Below, piece by piece: positions 24,136 through 42,416 of a stretch of 64,000 nt of DNA. A program made the translations under genes and the position numbers. The notes under the pieces are model-generated. The model was not told the origin of the DNA, did not search any database, and saw only the letters and a list, made by a program, of their open reading frames with translations. The DNA comes from Paraspadella gotoi (taxonomy: Eukaryota > Animalia > Chaetognatha): contig CM119267.1 in assembly GCA_051294375.1 (NCBI GenBank), positions 3,584,192-3,648,191 on the forward strand, given 5' to 3'. Position 1 is the first letter of the stretch. The number at the start of each line of letters is the position of its first letter.

Positions 24136-25500
24136 ATGGCGATTTCTACTTTTTTGGCGATAGAAATCGTAGTATGGACGGCGTCAACCGCCATCGCTTT
24201 TGCCGTCCAAAAGATCTCCGACAGAGCAAGTGAGGCCCCTCAAGTTTGAATCTTTAGAATATGAAAAGGAAGTCTTTACCCAAACTGGTGACTTTTTTAA
24301 AATAATTTTAGCGACAGAAAGCGATGCGAAAGAGGGACTCGTGTCCGCGGTCGAGACTTCCGAGACAAATTTGGAATCATCCTCTGTTCTTTCGCGTCCC
24401 GGAATCCGACGCCGAACTAATTTTCAATCGATAAATCCGGGAGGTGAGACTGATAGACAGTTTTCATTTCCCAGTTGGAGATAGAAATGCGTTGCTACTT
24501 AGTATCTTTTTCAGGTCCTTTTGAGACTGGAGTCCGAACAGTTTCAACGCCGACCGCCGCACGTTCGATCAAGAAATGGCTTTTATTGAGCTTAATCGGT
24601 TACGCACTCTCATCGACGTTCATGATGCTGCTGTATCGCCTTCAAGAATCTCACTTCCTCTACTGCGAGGCGATTCCATGCGGCAACATCACCGACGGGA
24701 ATCTCGACGAATTTCATCGTCGAAACTGCGACTACTCTGTCAAGGGCGTCAACGTTGAAGATATTTTCCTCTCGGCGACGACGGAAGACGGAACTGAATC
24801 TGGCGTCGTCCACGCCGTTTGGATGAACGCGCGTCGAGACGGAGAGTTTTTCCGCGAATCTCGAACGACGACGGTCGTTTTCTCTCACGGCAACATTGAG
24901 AATCTATCCTTTTACAAACGAATCTACGAATTTTTGATCGACTGCGGTTTAAACGTCGTCGCCTGGGATTATCCCGGCTTCGGTAAGAGTTCTGGACTCG
25001 CGTCGGAACCCCTCATTAACGCCGCCTTCGCCAGCCTCCTCGAACGACTCCAAGCGGACAAAAAACTCCGCCCCGATGAGAACGTGGTGCTGTGGGGATA
25101 CTCGCTCGGCGGTTTCGTCGCCGCCAATCTGGCCGCGCGAGTTCCATTCGCCGGCGTCATTCTACACTCTCCCATCGACTCGGCGGCGAGCGTCTTACGC
25201 AACACCTTTCCGTTGATGGGTTGGGCTGCGCCGTTGCTGCGAACCCAATCGTTCGACACGGAATCGAGGATGCCGCTGCTGCGAAACTGTCTCTTACTCT
25301 TCGTGGGACGAGAGGACGAACAGTTTAGCCGGGAGAGAGAGAGGGCGTTGTTTGTCGCCGCGAACAACGTGGATGCAGAGTGCAGCGACTTTTTCGACGT
25401 CGAGGGTTTGGGACATTTGGGAAATCCGCTCGACAATCATGATTTTCGTTTGAGGCTCAAGGAATTTTTTAAGAAGATCGTTTCCAAGCGTTTGGAATAA
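24136..25500 (+). CDS. Membrane-anchored alpha/beta hydrolase (ABHD12/13/17-like), 3 exons
   Basis: Exons approx. 24136-24229, 24312-24443, 24515-25500. FSHGN, WDYPGFGKSSG, nucleophile GYSLG, GREDE (Asp), GLGH (His); hydrophobic N-terminus plus one TM segment. Confidence 0.85.
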
Positions 25501-25716
25501 CTCTTTTTTTTTTTTTTTAGGCGGGGGTCGGGTTTGTTTTGCTTATGTTAAATACCAAAAGATTTGTGTGACTTTATCGTTTATTATTACTCCTAACTAG
25601 TACTATATATTTTTGTATCGCGGTTGCTTTTGCATATCGTTTGAGGTTATTTATTTTACAGCGAAACTAACTAGTGTCTGAAGTAATCCTTGAAGACTTG
25701 GGCCTAAACTTTCGAA

Positions 25717-25935
25717 ATGAGTACCCCCGCGGTTGTGAGGGCTCTCAAGCCCATGGCGGATAAGGGGCTCGTGGCGAAAATCCCGGTGGGCGGAGAACAA
25801 GTGAAGCAATTCACGGCGCTGTTCTCTAGCGGATTCTGTTACGGACTTTCTGGGCTCGTCCTAGGATGCTACGTCTTCGAATTCAAGACCATCTTGCAGT
25901 ATGTTCCCATATACAGAAACAAATACAATAACTGA
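25717..25935 (+). CDS. UQCR11: Cytochrome bc1 complex small subunit (UQCR11/Qcr10-type)
   Basis: 72 aa with a single TM segment YGLSGLVLGCYVF followed by EFKTILQYVPIYRNKY, matching the family pattern (TDW..IL..VPY..KF). Confidence 0.72.
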   Translation: MSTPAVVRALKPMADKGLVAKIPVGGEQVKQFTALFSSGFCYGLSGLVLGCYVFEFKTILQYVPIYRNKYNN

Positions 25936-26358
25936 AAGCTATGAGGTTCTGGATCAAATGCTGGAGAACTCAATTCACGCACGAGCGAATGAAGGAGTAC
26001 AATCTTCTTCTTCGGCTGGAAAAAAAGGGACAGAGATACTTTGATTCTGAAATCTGAATGAATGTATTGAGGATTTTTTATGATCAGAATTTGTAAAATC
26101 AATATTGGTGCATTCATTCACAATAATTTGCTTTTTCTCTATGACAGCGAAAGATTCTAAAAACTGTTTAAAACGGCCGAATTCAACGAACTTGTCATCG
26201 CAACCCATTTTCGTTTTTTAATTCAATATATTAATATTTTTCCTTTTAAATTTAAAAGTTATATTTATTAAATGTTTAAAGATCGCTACATTTTCAAAGT
26301 TTTCTGCTTATAAAGATCATTTGTAATATTAATAATTGTCCGTCTCGTCGCTCAGACC

Positions 26359-27566
26359 ATGGAGAAGGAGTGGGAGCCTGACGTTGCCAAGCTCCTAGCC
26401 TTGGACGAAGGTCTGGCGCCCCACGAGTCAGCGATCCGAGTCATCGTCGGGGAATTCAACGAGGTGCGCCGGAAGATCCTCGAGTCCGAAGGCAGTTTGA
26501 AGTCATTTTCCCAGAGGTTAATTAAGAGTCGGGCGAGTGCGCTCGCACCGCCGGACCGCTCAAAAATGTGAATCGTTCGAATATCAATTTCGCTTATCAT
26601 CGTTGTGCCCGATCAGACACGAGCGATTCGGTTTCCACGCGACGGAAGACAACTCTATCCTTTATCGGGAGTGGATTCCGGGGGCGAAGGCCGCCTTCCT
26701 CGTTGGAGATTTCAACAATTGGGATCGAACCGCCAATCCGCTTTCTTTCGAAGGTCAGAACCACGCGCTCGGCTTTAAAAGGGCAACATATCAAATAGAA
26801 CGGAACATTTTTACCTTTATTACTTTACTACAAAGGCAACGGATTAATTTCGTAAATTTCCTGCTATCAACAGCCCACAAAACTCTCAAAAGCATTCCTT
26901 TTTGTTTAAAATAAATAATCATTATTATAATGTAAAAAAAAATTACCAAGATTAGAAATATTTATTTCTTTGGGAAAACCGCTTAATGTTTGTTTGCTTG
27001 TATATACAGCTGATGTTCGTAAGTATCGGCGCGCTTTTAATTTACCCATATCACTCCTGCCATTGTCTTGCTCGAGTTGTGACTGAGCTTTGTCACTGGT
27101 CCGTGGTCACTGCTCATTGGTCAGTCGCTATTCAACCCTTTTCGTCTGATCAATTACCACGTGGCCCTTTTTAAGACCTGTCAGTGATAAAAGCTTTATT
27201 TTTTATTTAATACATTTAAATAGTATTAGTTAATAGTTAAATAACCTTTTATAAAAACACAAAATTATTAATAATAATTAACTACTACTAATTATGATTT
27301 TCTTTAAGTTGTTTTAGTTTTTACAAGATTAATAATTCATTAAATGGGTTAATTTTCTTTTCGCCGACCGGGGTTAGGGGGGTAAGGGTTAAGGGTGGTT
27401 TATGGTTAGGGGTGGTTTATAGTTAGGGGTGAGTGGAGGATGGAATTTTAGTTGAGGTAATTATTAATCAATTAATATTTTTTTAAAAATTTTAGAAAAA
27501 AAGCCGAAACCCGGGACGGCGAAAGTTAAATTTTGCCCATTGATTTATTTGTCATTTTTTATCGCT

Positions 27567-27616
<50 letters not shown>

Positions 27617-30600
27617 GTCATCTTCATCCATCGATTGTTATCCTCCCCCTTCGTTGCAGGCTTCGGCAAGTGGAGCGTGAGGCTGCCGCCCGACTCAGCC
27701 ACGGGTCAGCCCGCCATCCCTCACGGCTCCAAAGTCAAGATTCACATCGTGGGTCAAAACGGTCAGGGTTTCGATCGACTCTCTCCTTGGACCAAATACG
27801 CCACGCGGGAAGAAAAGGTAAGCTGCGCCTCTCTCGGCGATCCGCTTTTCTAATTGAATTGATTATTATTTTAATTGAAATAAAAGAAAAATACTCTTGA
27901 TTTAAACTAAGTTTAATTTTTTAAAAGTTTTTTTCGATTTTTAAAGTAATATTCTCAGCCTCTCCCCTTTTTATATCTAAAAATCCGTTGCTCTTTTATT
28001 TTCCGTCCGCGAGTTGGCGACGCGGAGACAACGTGGCCGTCCGCCGTCCGTCCTCTTCCATACTTAATTCCTTTATTCCCTCATTTCTGTAGAAAAATAA
28101 TACGCAATTAATCTTTGATACTGGAATCAATTGTGCAACATTTATGAATTCGACGCGAAATTTGTCCGAAACGATTGCGCAATGTTGAGAATTGGAAGAG
28201 AATTTTAGGAACAAATGACCAGTCGCGTGTCTGGCTTCTCTATGCATGCCATGTCAGCATGCAACAGTTTGACGCCGCCTCCAATATTTTGTCATCGGGA
28301 TATTTTTTCTTTCGTTACATATTTTTTTTATGGCGAGCGTTTATTTGCATAATAATGTTTTTTTTTTAATCCAATTTCCTAAATTATGCCACCTTTTTTG
28401 GACAAAATCACAATTTTTGTTGATTTTTAGGCAAAAGTCTACGATGCGGTTTTCTGGAATCCAAGCGAAAAGTACCGTTTTCGGTTTCCTCACCCGCCCA
28501 GACCGAGGGTAAGTTATATTTTTTATCTATCCTACCTTAACGCCGCGAAGTCAACCATTTTCTCTGTTCGATGGCGAAGGCTCTTCGCATCTACGAAGCC
28601 CACGTGGGAATCGCGACTCAAGATCTAGGGATCGGCTCCTACAAACATTTCACCAAAAATGTCTTGCCGAGAATTAAGGAGTTGGGTTACAACAGCATTC
28701 AACTCATGGCCATCATGGAACACGCCTATTACGCCAGTTTTGGGTGAGATAATCAAATACTTGTATTTTTATAAGTTTTTTTTTCTCGTTTTTTATCTTT
28801 TTTTTAGCCTATAGTTTGTACTGATATTTGTTTCTCTGTTTATTCAATATTGTATTCTTTTTTTTATCTTTAAACCAATTTATATACTCTTTATATTTTC
28901 CTAATCGTAATTTCATTTATCCAGTTATCAAGTGACGAACTTCTTCGCGGCCTCGAGTCGCTACGGAACTCCCGAGGACCTGAAGGCGCTCGTCGACGCT
29001 GCCCACGGAGTCGGCATCTCCGTCCTCCTCGACGTCGTCCACTCTCACGCCTCCAAGAACGTCGAGGACGGCCTCAACATGTTCGACGGAACCGGTGAGT
29101 CCTGCCGCTCAATTAGTTTCATACATTATATACATTAAATCATAAATTATATCGTTCTAAGCGTGATATCATCGTTAAAAAAAACAGCCCTCGACGCCCT
29201 CTAGATTCGTGCTTCTTCCACTCTGGCGCCCGCGGGCATCACTCGTTGTGGGATTCCCGCCTCTTCGACTATTCCAACTGGGAGACGTTGGCCTTCCTTC
29301 TCTCCAATCTTCGATTTTGGGTCGACGAGTTTGGGTTCGACGGATTTCGCTTCGACGGCGTCACTTCGATGCTTTATCATCATCACGGAATTGCCACGGG
29401 ATTCTCGGGTGAGGCAGAGAGCTTTTTAAGTATTCCCCGTTTCTCTGATTGTCTTTATGAAATTGGTACAAACAATATAAAGATTATATATTCATTTAAT
29501 AAATAAGCTTTCTTGCTCCTGACTTTGGACAGGCTTTGGTGGTTTAAGGCCTCCATCACTCTTACAAGATAATGACATAGCAGGTCCACTGGCAATCTTT
29601 AAATTAAGTATTCATTCAACAATTTTCTTTTCTCTAAAGGCGATTACAACGAGTACTTCGGTCCTAATACGGACAGAGCGTCCTTGGTCTACCTCATGCT
29701 GGCCAATCATCTACTGCACCAGATGTACTCGGACTTCATGATCACAGTCGCCGAGGACGTCAGCGGATTTCCTGGTCTCTGCCGACCCGTGGTCGAGGGC
29801 GGCATCGGATTCGATTTTAGGCGAGTTTGAAAAAAAAAAAAAAAAAAACCCGTCCAACTACTTTTAATAAAATTAAACTATGACTCAGCTTCTTAATTAT
29901 CTGTCGGCTTTTTTTTTTTTGGTTAGACTGTCGATGGCCGTGCCGGATATGTGGATTCGTTATTTAAAAGAATTCAAAGACGAAGACTGGGATATCGGCC
30001 ACGTCGTCTGGAATCTGACCAATCGGTACTTGCTGATTATTTTAAAATGCTAACTTTTTATTTAAATTCATCGAAATGTTTTATCGATTTTTTTAAGGCG
30101 TCATACGGAAAAACATATTTGCTATGCCGAGTCGCACGATCAAGCTTTGGTCGGAGACAAAACTGTGGCTTTTTGGTTGATGGATCAGGCCATGTACACT
30201 GACATGTCCATTGTTCAGCCGATGTCGATCGTTATCGACAGGTATTGTTTAGAAACATAATTAAATTGACATAAATTGGCGTCGTTACGTAAGACATCTA
30301 CGTCGACAGAGGTATCGCTCTGCACAAAATGATTCGCCTGGTGACGCACGCGTTGGGCGGCGAAGGTTATTTGAACTTCATGGGCAACGAATTCGGTCAC
30401 CCCGAGTGGCTCGATTTCCCTCGTGAAGGAAACCAAGATTCTTATTGGTACGCTAGGCGACAATGGAAACTTGTCGATGACGTGTTACTTAGGTAAGCTT
30501 GAAAAGTTTAATTTTTAATTTTTTGTTACAATTTCAAAGAGCAAAATAATTTGTTTTAAATTAGATATCAACACTTGAACAATTTTGATCGCGAGATGAA

Positions 30601-31019
30601 TCTTTGCGAAGAACGGCATCATTGGCTGTCCACCAAAGATCTTTACGTTTCGACGCAGCACAATGGGTGCGGTTCTTTTTCTCACGTCTCATTACGAAAT
30701 GGTTTTATCGACTATGCAAATTTTGAAATTGTCCTTCAGAGACAAAGTCCTCGTCTTCGATAGACGCAACATCGTTTTTGTCTTCAATTTTCACGGGGAG
30801 AACAGCTACACCGATTATCGCGTCGGCGCCGGAGTCGGAGGAAAGTACCGCGTCGCTCTCGACTCGGACGCCGCCGAATTTGGTGGTCACGGGCGGATCG
30901 ACTCCGCCACGGAGTTTTTCACCGAACCAGGGGACTTTAACGGGCGGCCCTGCTCGATGAGGGTCTACGTGCCGACGAGAACTTGTCTAGTTCTTTACGC
31001 ACAAGAGGAAACTAAATGA
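26359..31019 (+). CDS. GBE1: 1,4-alpha-glucan branching enzyme, about 13 exons
   Basis: [95 protein letters not shown]. Confidence 0.96.
27344..27540. mobile_element. MITE-like element with imperfect approx. 32-bp TIRs and an internal telomere-like G-rich tract (copy 1, GBE1 intron)
   Basis: Left atgggttaattttcttttcgccgaccggggtt versus reverse complement of right atgggcaaaatttaactttcgccgtcccgggtt; a related copy lies at 40161-40600. Confidence 0.75.
27567..27612. repeat. (CT)n microsatellite in a GBE1 intron
   Basis: Direct reading. Confidence 0.95.
27993..28290 (+). mobile_element. Possible degenerate Helentron-associated (HINE/DINE-like) element in a GBE1 intron
   Basis: T-run, then hairpin tccgcg-agttggcga-cgcgga, then GTCC-type microsatellite gtccgccgtccgtcc. 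The 3' end is uncertain. Confidence 0.35.
29821..29926 (+). other. GC-AG intron in GBE1
   Basis: AG|GCGAGT donor and ggttag| acceptor restore [14 protein letters not shown]. Confidence 0.8.
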
Positions 31020-31479
31020 ATGAGGAGACATCCAGTTTTATGTCGTGGAAACTCGGGACGATCGACCGGAATTTGAAATTTAGGCCTCCTTTTTTTAATT
31101 TTTGTTATCAATTTTTTTTTCATCGAGGTTAAACGTGCATTTTTATGTTGTTTATTTGTTGCCTTTGTTGAATGGTTTAGATTTTGTTGACTTAAATTAC
31201 GTGGTGCGGAATCTTGTCATAAAACTTAAAACCCACACGAAGATATTATTTATTGATTAATGGCTGTGCCTAATGCTTTAGTATTAACTTAAAACTTGTT
31301 ACAGTCGTTTAAGAATTTTATTGTTTCAAAATATTTCGCCCGTTCATGCTAATTATTTTTTTTTACAGATTTGTGTTGAAAGATTTCGAAAATTCCCAAA
31401 ATTCCAGTTTTTTAACGTTATACCAAAGAACATTTCATTCCATTTTTGTTTTATTTAAACGTCAATTTAAACCGAAAAG

Positions 31480-35368
<3,889 letters not shown>

Positions 35369-35899
35369 AAGAGCTTTCTGTAAAATGGGAAACTTCGATC
35401 TTTCAATATTTAGAAGAAAAAAAATTTACTATTTAACATTTTTATTATTATGCTTGACGAGTTGAAAGTTCGGCGTCGTGAATGGATAAATCCAATAGTT
35501 CGAAATTGTATTGTCAGTTTTACTTTGTTTAAAGTAACGATGTGTTTGAACTTCGATTCGCTTTCACCTACTATTTGAAAATATCGCTCTAAACAAAACC
35601 ACGATCGTCTTAAAATTTTTTTGCGAACAGAATAAAAAAAAATACTCTTTTCGCTTCAAAGCATTTTTCTTTTTTCGATAAAATTTAACATCTTAGCAGG
35701 TGGTTAGGGGTAGGTCGACTTGGTCGCGATAAAAAAAGAACCAATTGAGTCTTTGAATAAGTTGATGTAAAAGTTGGACGGCGGTTTCGAAACAATCAAA
35801 TTATTGAACGAGGCTGAGACCGGTGACGCAGCCAAGGCAAAACAAGACAAGACAAAACAAAACAAAACTCTTTTCAAGGAAAACTCCTCCACGTCGCTC

Positions 35900-36220
35900 A
35901 TGTGTGGGAAATGCCAATGGCGACTCATAGAAATCTCTTGCCTCGCCGTCCTTTCCCTTTTTCTCTTTCTCCTCCTAGTTTATTTTCTCTACACAAAATG
36001 TTTTCGCGGACGAAGATCGAGCGATGAAGGAACCGGCGAAGCATCCGCCCACGGAGACGAGCGCCATTCCGTCGACGTCAAGTTCCACGCCGTCGCCGTA
36101 GACGTGGAGGCCGCGCGCCCCACGAACCGTTCTGGACCCGAGTCTCGACCCGAGGAAGGGGACTCTGATTACGGATCCGCGGAATACGATAAAAGAGACC
36201 CGCATTCTGTAACCGCGTGA
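35900..36220 (+). CDS. Orphan single-pass membrane protein; 5' end uncertain (frame open from 35774)
   Basis: Exon-like composition; TM LAVLSLFLFLLLVYFLY followed by basic KCFRGRR and an acidic tail with Tyr motifs. Confidence 0.55.
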   Translation: MCGKCQWRLIEISCLAVLSLFLFLLLVYFLYTKCFRGRRSSDEGTGEASAHGDERHSVDVKFHAVAVDVEAARPTNRSGPESRPEEGDSDYGSAEYDKRDPHSVTA

Positions 36221-36648
36221 CAACGACTCTGGCCAAACTATTTTAATTATTACTACATTTTCTCGCGTGATTTTTTTCTTTTTCGTTTACACCGCACGAT
36301 CTCGTTTTATGTATTATTTCGTCACTTTTTTTTTACCTCTCTTTTGGTGCAAAAGATCTTTTGAGGTTGAGAATTATGAAAGAGAGACCAAACTTTGCAT
36401 TTTATTATTTGGTTAAATGCAACATTTATGCAAGATTTAAGTATTTTTTAATGTTTTTAAACATTTGAAATTATTTTTTTTGTTTCCATTCAGATGAACC
36501 AATTTCTTTGCTAAAAACGGATAAAATACTGCTAGTTTCTCCATACCTTAATTTAATTTGAAAATGTTGACTCACGTCAATGAACTAAGCGTTTGATTAT
36601 TCATTTTTTCCTATTGTTTATTATTTTTACACAGAAAAAGTATTAAAG

Positions 36649-37600
<952 letters not shown>

Positions 37601-38214
37601 TCAAAGTCACGGATCCCATCTCATCTAGTCTCTGTTTTTTGTTAAAACCTTTCTGTATTCGCCATTTTTGGGCGGGTGGTGGGGGCGGTTGGTTTTTTTG
37701 TAGCGGCGTATCATAAATGTACGCAATATAATTTGGATTTTATTTGGATTTTTTCTTTATTAATACGTCTTTGTTTTCTTATCCGTCTCGAGTCAATTAG
37801 CAACGACGACGCCAGAAGTGCCTGAATACAATATTAGCCGCGAGCTGATTATTCGCAATTACATTCGCAATTGTATTTGCTTTCGCGTTCTTCGCACGAA
37901 TGCGCCGATCTTGAATCTCTTACGTCCGGTTTTTTTTTAAATCTTATAGACGATACGAAAAATCATCCGCACGCAAGCGCCTCAGCTTCATTGGGTGGGA
38001 TAGTGGCACTCGTATATTTGCACATTAGCTTCTTCCATTTTTTACTCTGGGGAAAGAAACTTCCGTTTGTTTTCGCTTATAAGACGAATTTTCTCTCGTT
38101 TTGTTAGTTTTTTTTTAGGGGAGGGAGATAGAGAGACAGAAAAACTTTAGCCGTAGTTAAGAGCCCGGGCCGACGCGAGCTGCGGGACATGGGACGATAG
38201 GAATCGTTTGGAAA

Positions 38215-39413
38215 ATGGAGGGGTTCCCGACAGCGACGGCGACGTCGCGGACGACGTGGATCTTCGGTTACGGGTCGCTCGTGTGGAAAGTGGACTTTCC
38301 CTTTGTCCGTAAATGCGTTGGGTACGTCAAGGGCTATAAGCGTCGATTCTGGTTGGCCAGTACGGATCATCGCGGGTACCCCGAGTCCCCCGGTAGAGTC
38401 GTCACCCTCGTCCCTTCAGAGAATCCCGACGATAGAGTTTGGGGCGTGGCCTACGAAATCCCGGCCGACGAAGCTACGAGGAGACACTTGGATCACAGAG
38501 AAAAAGGTGATTTTGATTCGGCAGTCATAGCTGTAGCGGTAGTTTATCCTAACATTGTCTAAATTTAGATGGCAATTGGTGGGATAAGATAAATAAATCC
38601 AAGATAACCCACCTTATCCTGTCCAAAGTCGGGAGCCATATAACTTAATAATTGAATGAATGCATAATTTTATACTATTGGCTATACCAATTTCGCAATA
38701 GTCAGCTTCTTGTAGATTCTAGTGCAATAGTACAATAGTTCAATAGTATTCCTCGATCTGAAGAGAGTGGTCTTTTTATGCCACTTCATTGCAAGGGAAG
38801 CAGTTTCTCTGAGATTTAATCAAGTCGACTAAGATTGTAATTTTCCGGGGTCGTGCTACGTATGTAAAAGGAATTGAGGCCTCTTATCCACGATAGCCTG
38901 TCCAAAGTCGATGGCAAGGTAGCTCATTAATTAAATAATTTTATATAATAATTTTATAAAATTTGATAATAGTATACGTGACTAAAAACAAAACGCAGCA
39001 GAATTCAAAAAATAATCGAAATGAAAGAAGCGTATTAGTCAAGTTGCCATCGTTCCTCACCAGGAGGCTATCGCCGCTGCAACGTGACCTTTTTTCGTCA
39101 AGAAGCGGCGCGCGACGGCGACGGCGTCGATCGCGACGCCGATCTCCCTCGTACTCTTGAGATGACGGTCTACATCGCCGGCGACAACGTGGACGAGTAT
39201 CTCGGGCCGAAGCCTCTCGATACCATCGCCGACGTCATCGCCACCACCGTCGGACCCAGCGGCAAAAACTCTGAATATCTCTTGAATCTGGCCGAGGCCA
39301 TGAGGGAATTGGCTCCCGAGGCCGCCGACGACCATCTCTACGAATTGGAGAGACTCGTCCGCGAAAGGCTCCAAGGAAAAGATGAATGGGGCAAAGCTCG
39401 CGCCGAATATTAA
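38215..39413 (+). CDS. Glutathione-specific gamma-glutamylcyclotransferase (ChaC family), 2 exons
   Basis: [45 protein letters not shown]|[12 protein letters not shown]; intron 38507-39063. Confidence 0.92.
38612..38914. repeat. Dispersed repeat motif cctgtccaaagtc: two copies in the ChaC intron, one inverted copy at approx. 29515-29557 in a GBE1 intron
   Basis: Copies near 38618 and 38897. gactttggacaggctttggtggtttaaggcctc at 29521 matches the reverse complement of the 38876-38909 region. Confidence 0.7.
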
Positions 39414-39761
39414 TTTATTTATTTATTTTGTTTTTTTATATTCGAGAAGTATTCGTTTTTTTGTTTTGAAGGCAAGTCCGCGCCTTATTTCTACTTTTTG
39501 GTTTTTAGGTGATACGTATCTTTTTGTATCTTCGTTTTGTGACGGCTTGTTACATTTAAGATCTCTTGATTATACTTATACAAATTACCATCATGTTACG
39601 GTATAGTGTCTTTTTTATTTTAAGTATGGTTTGAAATCGCCCATAGTCAGATCAGCGATCATTAGACGTAGTGTCACGCACGTTTGGACTTGTCGAAGGA
39701 CGAGTGACAACTTCGCCGTTCATTTTGGGCCATTTTCGCCATCATCTTCCAAAATAGCATC

Positions 39762-41822
39762 ATGACATCTTCCGAGGGGCTCTTGTCGCTCGTGAACCAA
39801 CTTCAAAACATGGAAACCGCCATGGGCCTCTTCCTAATAGAGACGGCTCTCAAACTCTCCACCTTCCACGATACCAAGTTCTTCGTGATGGTCGACCTTC
39901 CCGAGGGGCGGAAGATCGCCGGCAAGACGGAGATGATCCAATCTTTCGTGGAAGGTCAGCTGCTGCCGACGCCTAGCGACGCCAAGATCGAACTTAACCC
40001 CAGCGTCTCCGCACTGGTAGAGATTCCACTGAGAGGCGGGATAACGCCCACCCCGGTCAGCATGTTCAGCTCCAATTCCGCCAAGCAGGACTCTCGGTAA
40101 ATCTGCGATTCTTCCAGGGGGAAACGAAGAATCCTATAGTTAGGGACGACGTGATAATCGAAATTTGGGGTTTATTTTACTTTCGCCGACTGGGTTTAGG
40201 GAGGGGTTAAGGGTTGCTTAGGGGTGGTTTGGGGTGGTTATTAAAGCGTTTGATTAAAATTCTAAAAGTGAGGAACGAACAACATTATACTAATGAACAT
40301 TTATGTATACAAAATTTTTATGCAGTAGGCCATATTTATATTAGTACTAATCCAATAAATGTTACAATTTCAAAATTGTTTTTGTAAGATTTTTTTGCAG
40401 ATTTGGATTCGTCATGAAAAGTTGATATGAAGAAATATAGCTCTTTTTTAAAAATTCTTTCATTAAGTTGATCAAATATAAAAAAACCTATATTTTAAGC
40501 TAAAAAATAGAATTTTATATATTAAATAGTGTTTTTTTTTTAATTTTTAACCCACTTAATAAAAACCGCGGTAGGCGAAAGTAAAATTTAGCCAAAATTT
40601 GTTTCCCCATGTTTCTTCCCCTGGTTCCAGACCGTTCCGCCCTTATCCACCCGCCAGTTTTCGTCAGCCCTACATGTCTTCCTACGATTCTTCCGTCGCC
40701 GCCATGAATCGCTCCGCCGTCTACGACGCCGCAGGCCCTCGCTCCGTCAAGTCGCCGAAGATGAGTTCGGGCGGCGCCTTGTCCCCGAAAGTGGAGACCC
40801 CCTACGACGGGATTTCATCGTCGGGGCGAAAGCGCGCCGGTCAGCCAGGATCGCTCTACGACCCCGCCGGCGTCGCCTCTCCCAAGATGCGAAAGGAAGA
40901 ACTGAAGATCGAAGGCGGAGACGCGGAGGAATCCTCGGTGGTTGGCGACGACGAGGACGACAGCCTCCAGGAGATTTACCCCGACGATGACAATCACGCC
41001 GGCGTCGGCGGCGGCGACGACTACGTCATTCCTTCGTCGGTGGCGCAAGCTCATTTGGCAGGCTCCGTCAAATCGTACTCTCCTTTCGCCACCGCCGGAC
41101 ATCATCACCACTCGGACCTGAACAGCGAGGACCACGCCCACCGTATCGCGTTGGCGCAGCAGTTCTCCTACGACGACGTCAAAGCCAAAGACTCGACGGG
41201 GTTCAAGGTGATCGCCAGCATCGTCTACGCCAAGGCCAAGGAGCTTGCCGCCGAGTGCCCCATTCCCAACTACAAGGGGCCCGAGGTGAACAACTACCTT
41301 CGTCAAGAATACCTAGCTTGGTTCGCAGCCACCTTTCCCCGGTTGTACGACACCAAGGCGACGGCCCTCTTCCGCGCCCGCATGCAAATTTGTTTTCAAA
41401 CTATTCGTAAGAAACTTTTTCCGCCGCAACCGTCGCCGCAACAGCAGCAGCACGCGCACATGGGAGCCGTTGCGACGGCGTCTTCCGTGAGTCAAGGCAT
41501 GGGCGGCATGATGGTGCCCAGCACGGCGCCTTCATCGGCTTCGGGTACCAGTCTCGGTGGCGGAACAGGGTATCCCGATCGGGCGTTCGGAGACGCCGCC
41601 TCCGTTGACCGTCGCGACGAGATCGGACATCACGATCAAATCGGGCAAGATCACGAGCGGTTGAGTCAAGGCGGCCGCGACGAGGCGGAGGGACAGGATC
41701 ACGAGCGCGATGATCACAACCGGGCTCTTCATTCGGCCAACTTGGAGGCAGGACTCGGGGCAATCCCCCTCAATTCCTACGCCGTCGCCGACAACCGGAC
41801 CAACGAAAATTATCCTTTTTAA
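39762..41822 (+). CDS. Orphan two-exon protein: N-terminal segment with MADS-like pattern, low-complexity linker, helical basic domain
   Basis: Exon 1 approx. 39762-40095 (gtaaat donor) and exon 2 from 40631 (ttccag acceptor) join in frame; composition is strongly exon-like. Confidence 0.75.
40161..40600. mobile_element. MITE-like element, copy 2 (same TIR family as 27344-27540), intronic
   Basis: Left aaatttggggtttattttactttcgccgactgggttt versus reverse complement of right aaattttggctaaattttactttcgcctaccgcggttt; a G-rich ttaggg-like tract follows the left TIR. Confidence 0.75.
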
Positions 41823-42416
41823 ATATAAATCGTAGGAACCAAAAAAAAAATAACTTTCTAGTCCTCCATGGATCCCGTGTTTCTTTACCCACCGAAAAAA
41901 AAAAGTTTTAATTTTTTTTAACCCTTTTTCGTCGCGTTGTGTTAACATTCGATATTATCCCCGAAGTACAAAGTTTTAAAAAAACACAAAAAGCAAACAA
42001 ATCAGCCCCTCTTCCGACTGAATTTTCATTCTTTCGACGAGCCTCCCGAGCCGATAAAAAAAAAGATCTCATATTTTTTTTTTCACGTGTACTTTTTAAT
42101 CCAGAGAATTCCCCAGACGTTTCCATGTTGTCTGTTTTTTATCCCCTTTGTTTTGATCCTTTTTAGCCTTTTGGTCGTAGTGTATCGTTATATGATTACT
42201 TTATATCGAAATCAAGAAGGTTTTTACAAATAAAAAAAGCCTTGGTCTTCAAATCGTTGGGTTTCTTTCAATGTTGATTCTTTGTCATTTACTCTCCATT
42301 CGTCGAATTTTATTCGTCCGCAGATCGGGGCCAATTCGGGGGAGGACTTCTCCCCGCGAGCCAGGCGTGGGATTTTCTTTTGATCTCAAAACTGTTGACA
42401 ATATATCAAAGTAATC

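Noticed and set aside
24116-24163. Short ORF MRQFGSEWRFLLFWR* overlapping the hydrolase start
   Set aside because: One extra T in the 24150-24155 run would fuse it into a good signal peptide, so a homopolymer error is as likely as a regulatory uORF. This also weakens the programmed-frameshift reading of MFSD8.
38758-38800. CTGAAGA followed by stem agtgg...ccact, hammerhead-like
   Set aside because: No GAAA after stem II and no closing stems I/III.
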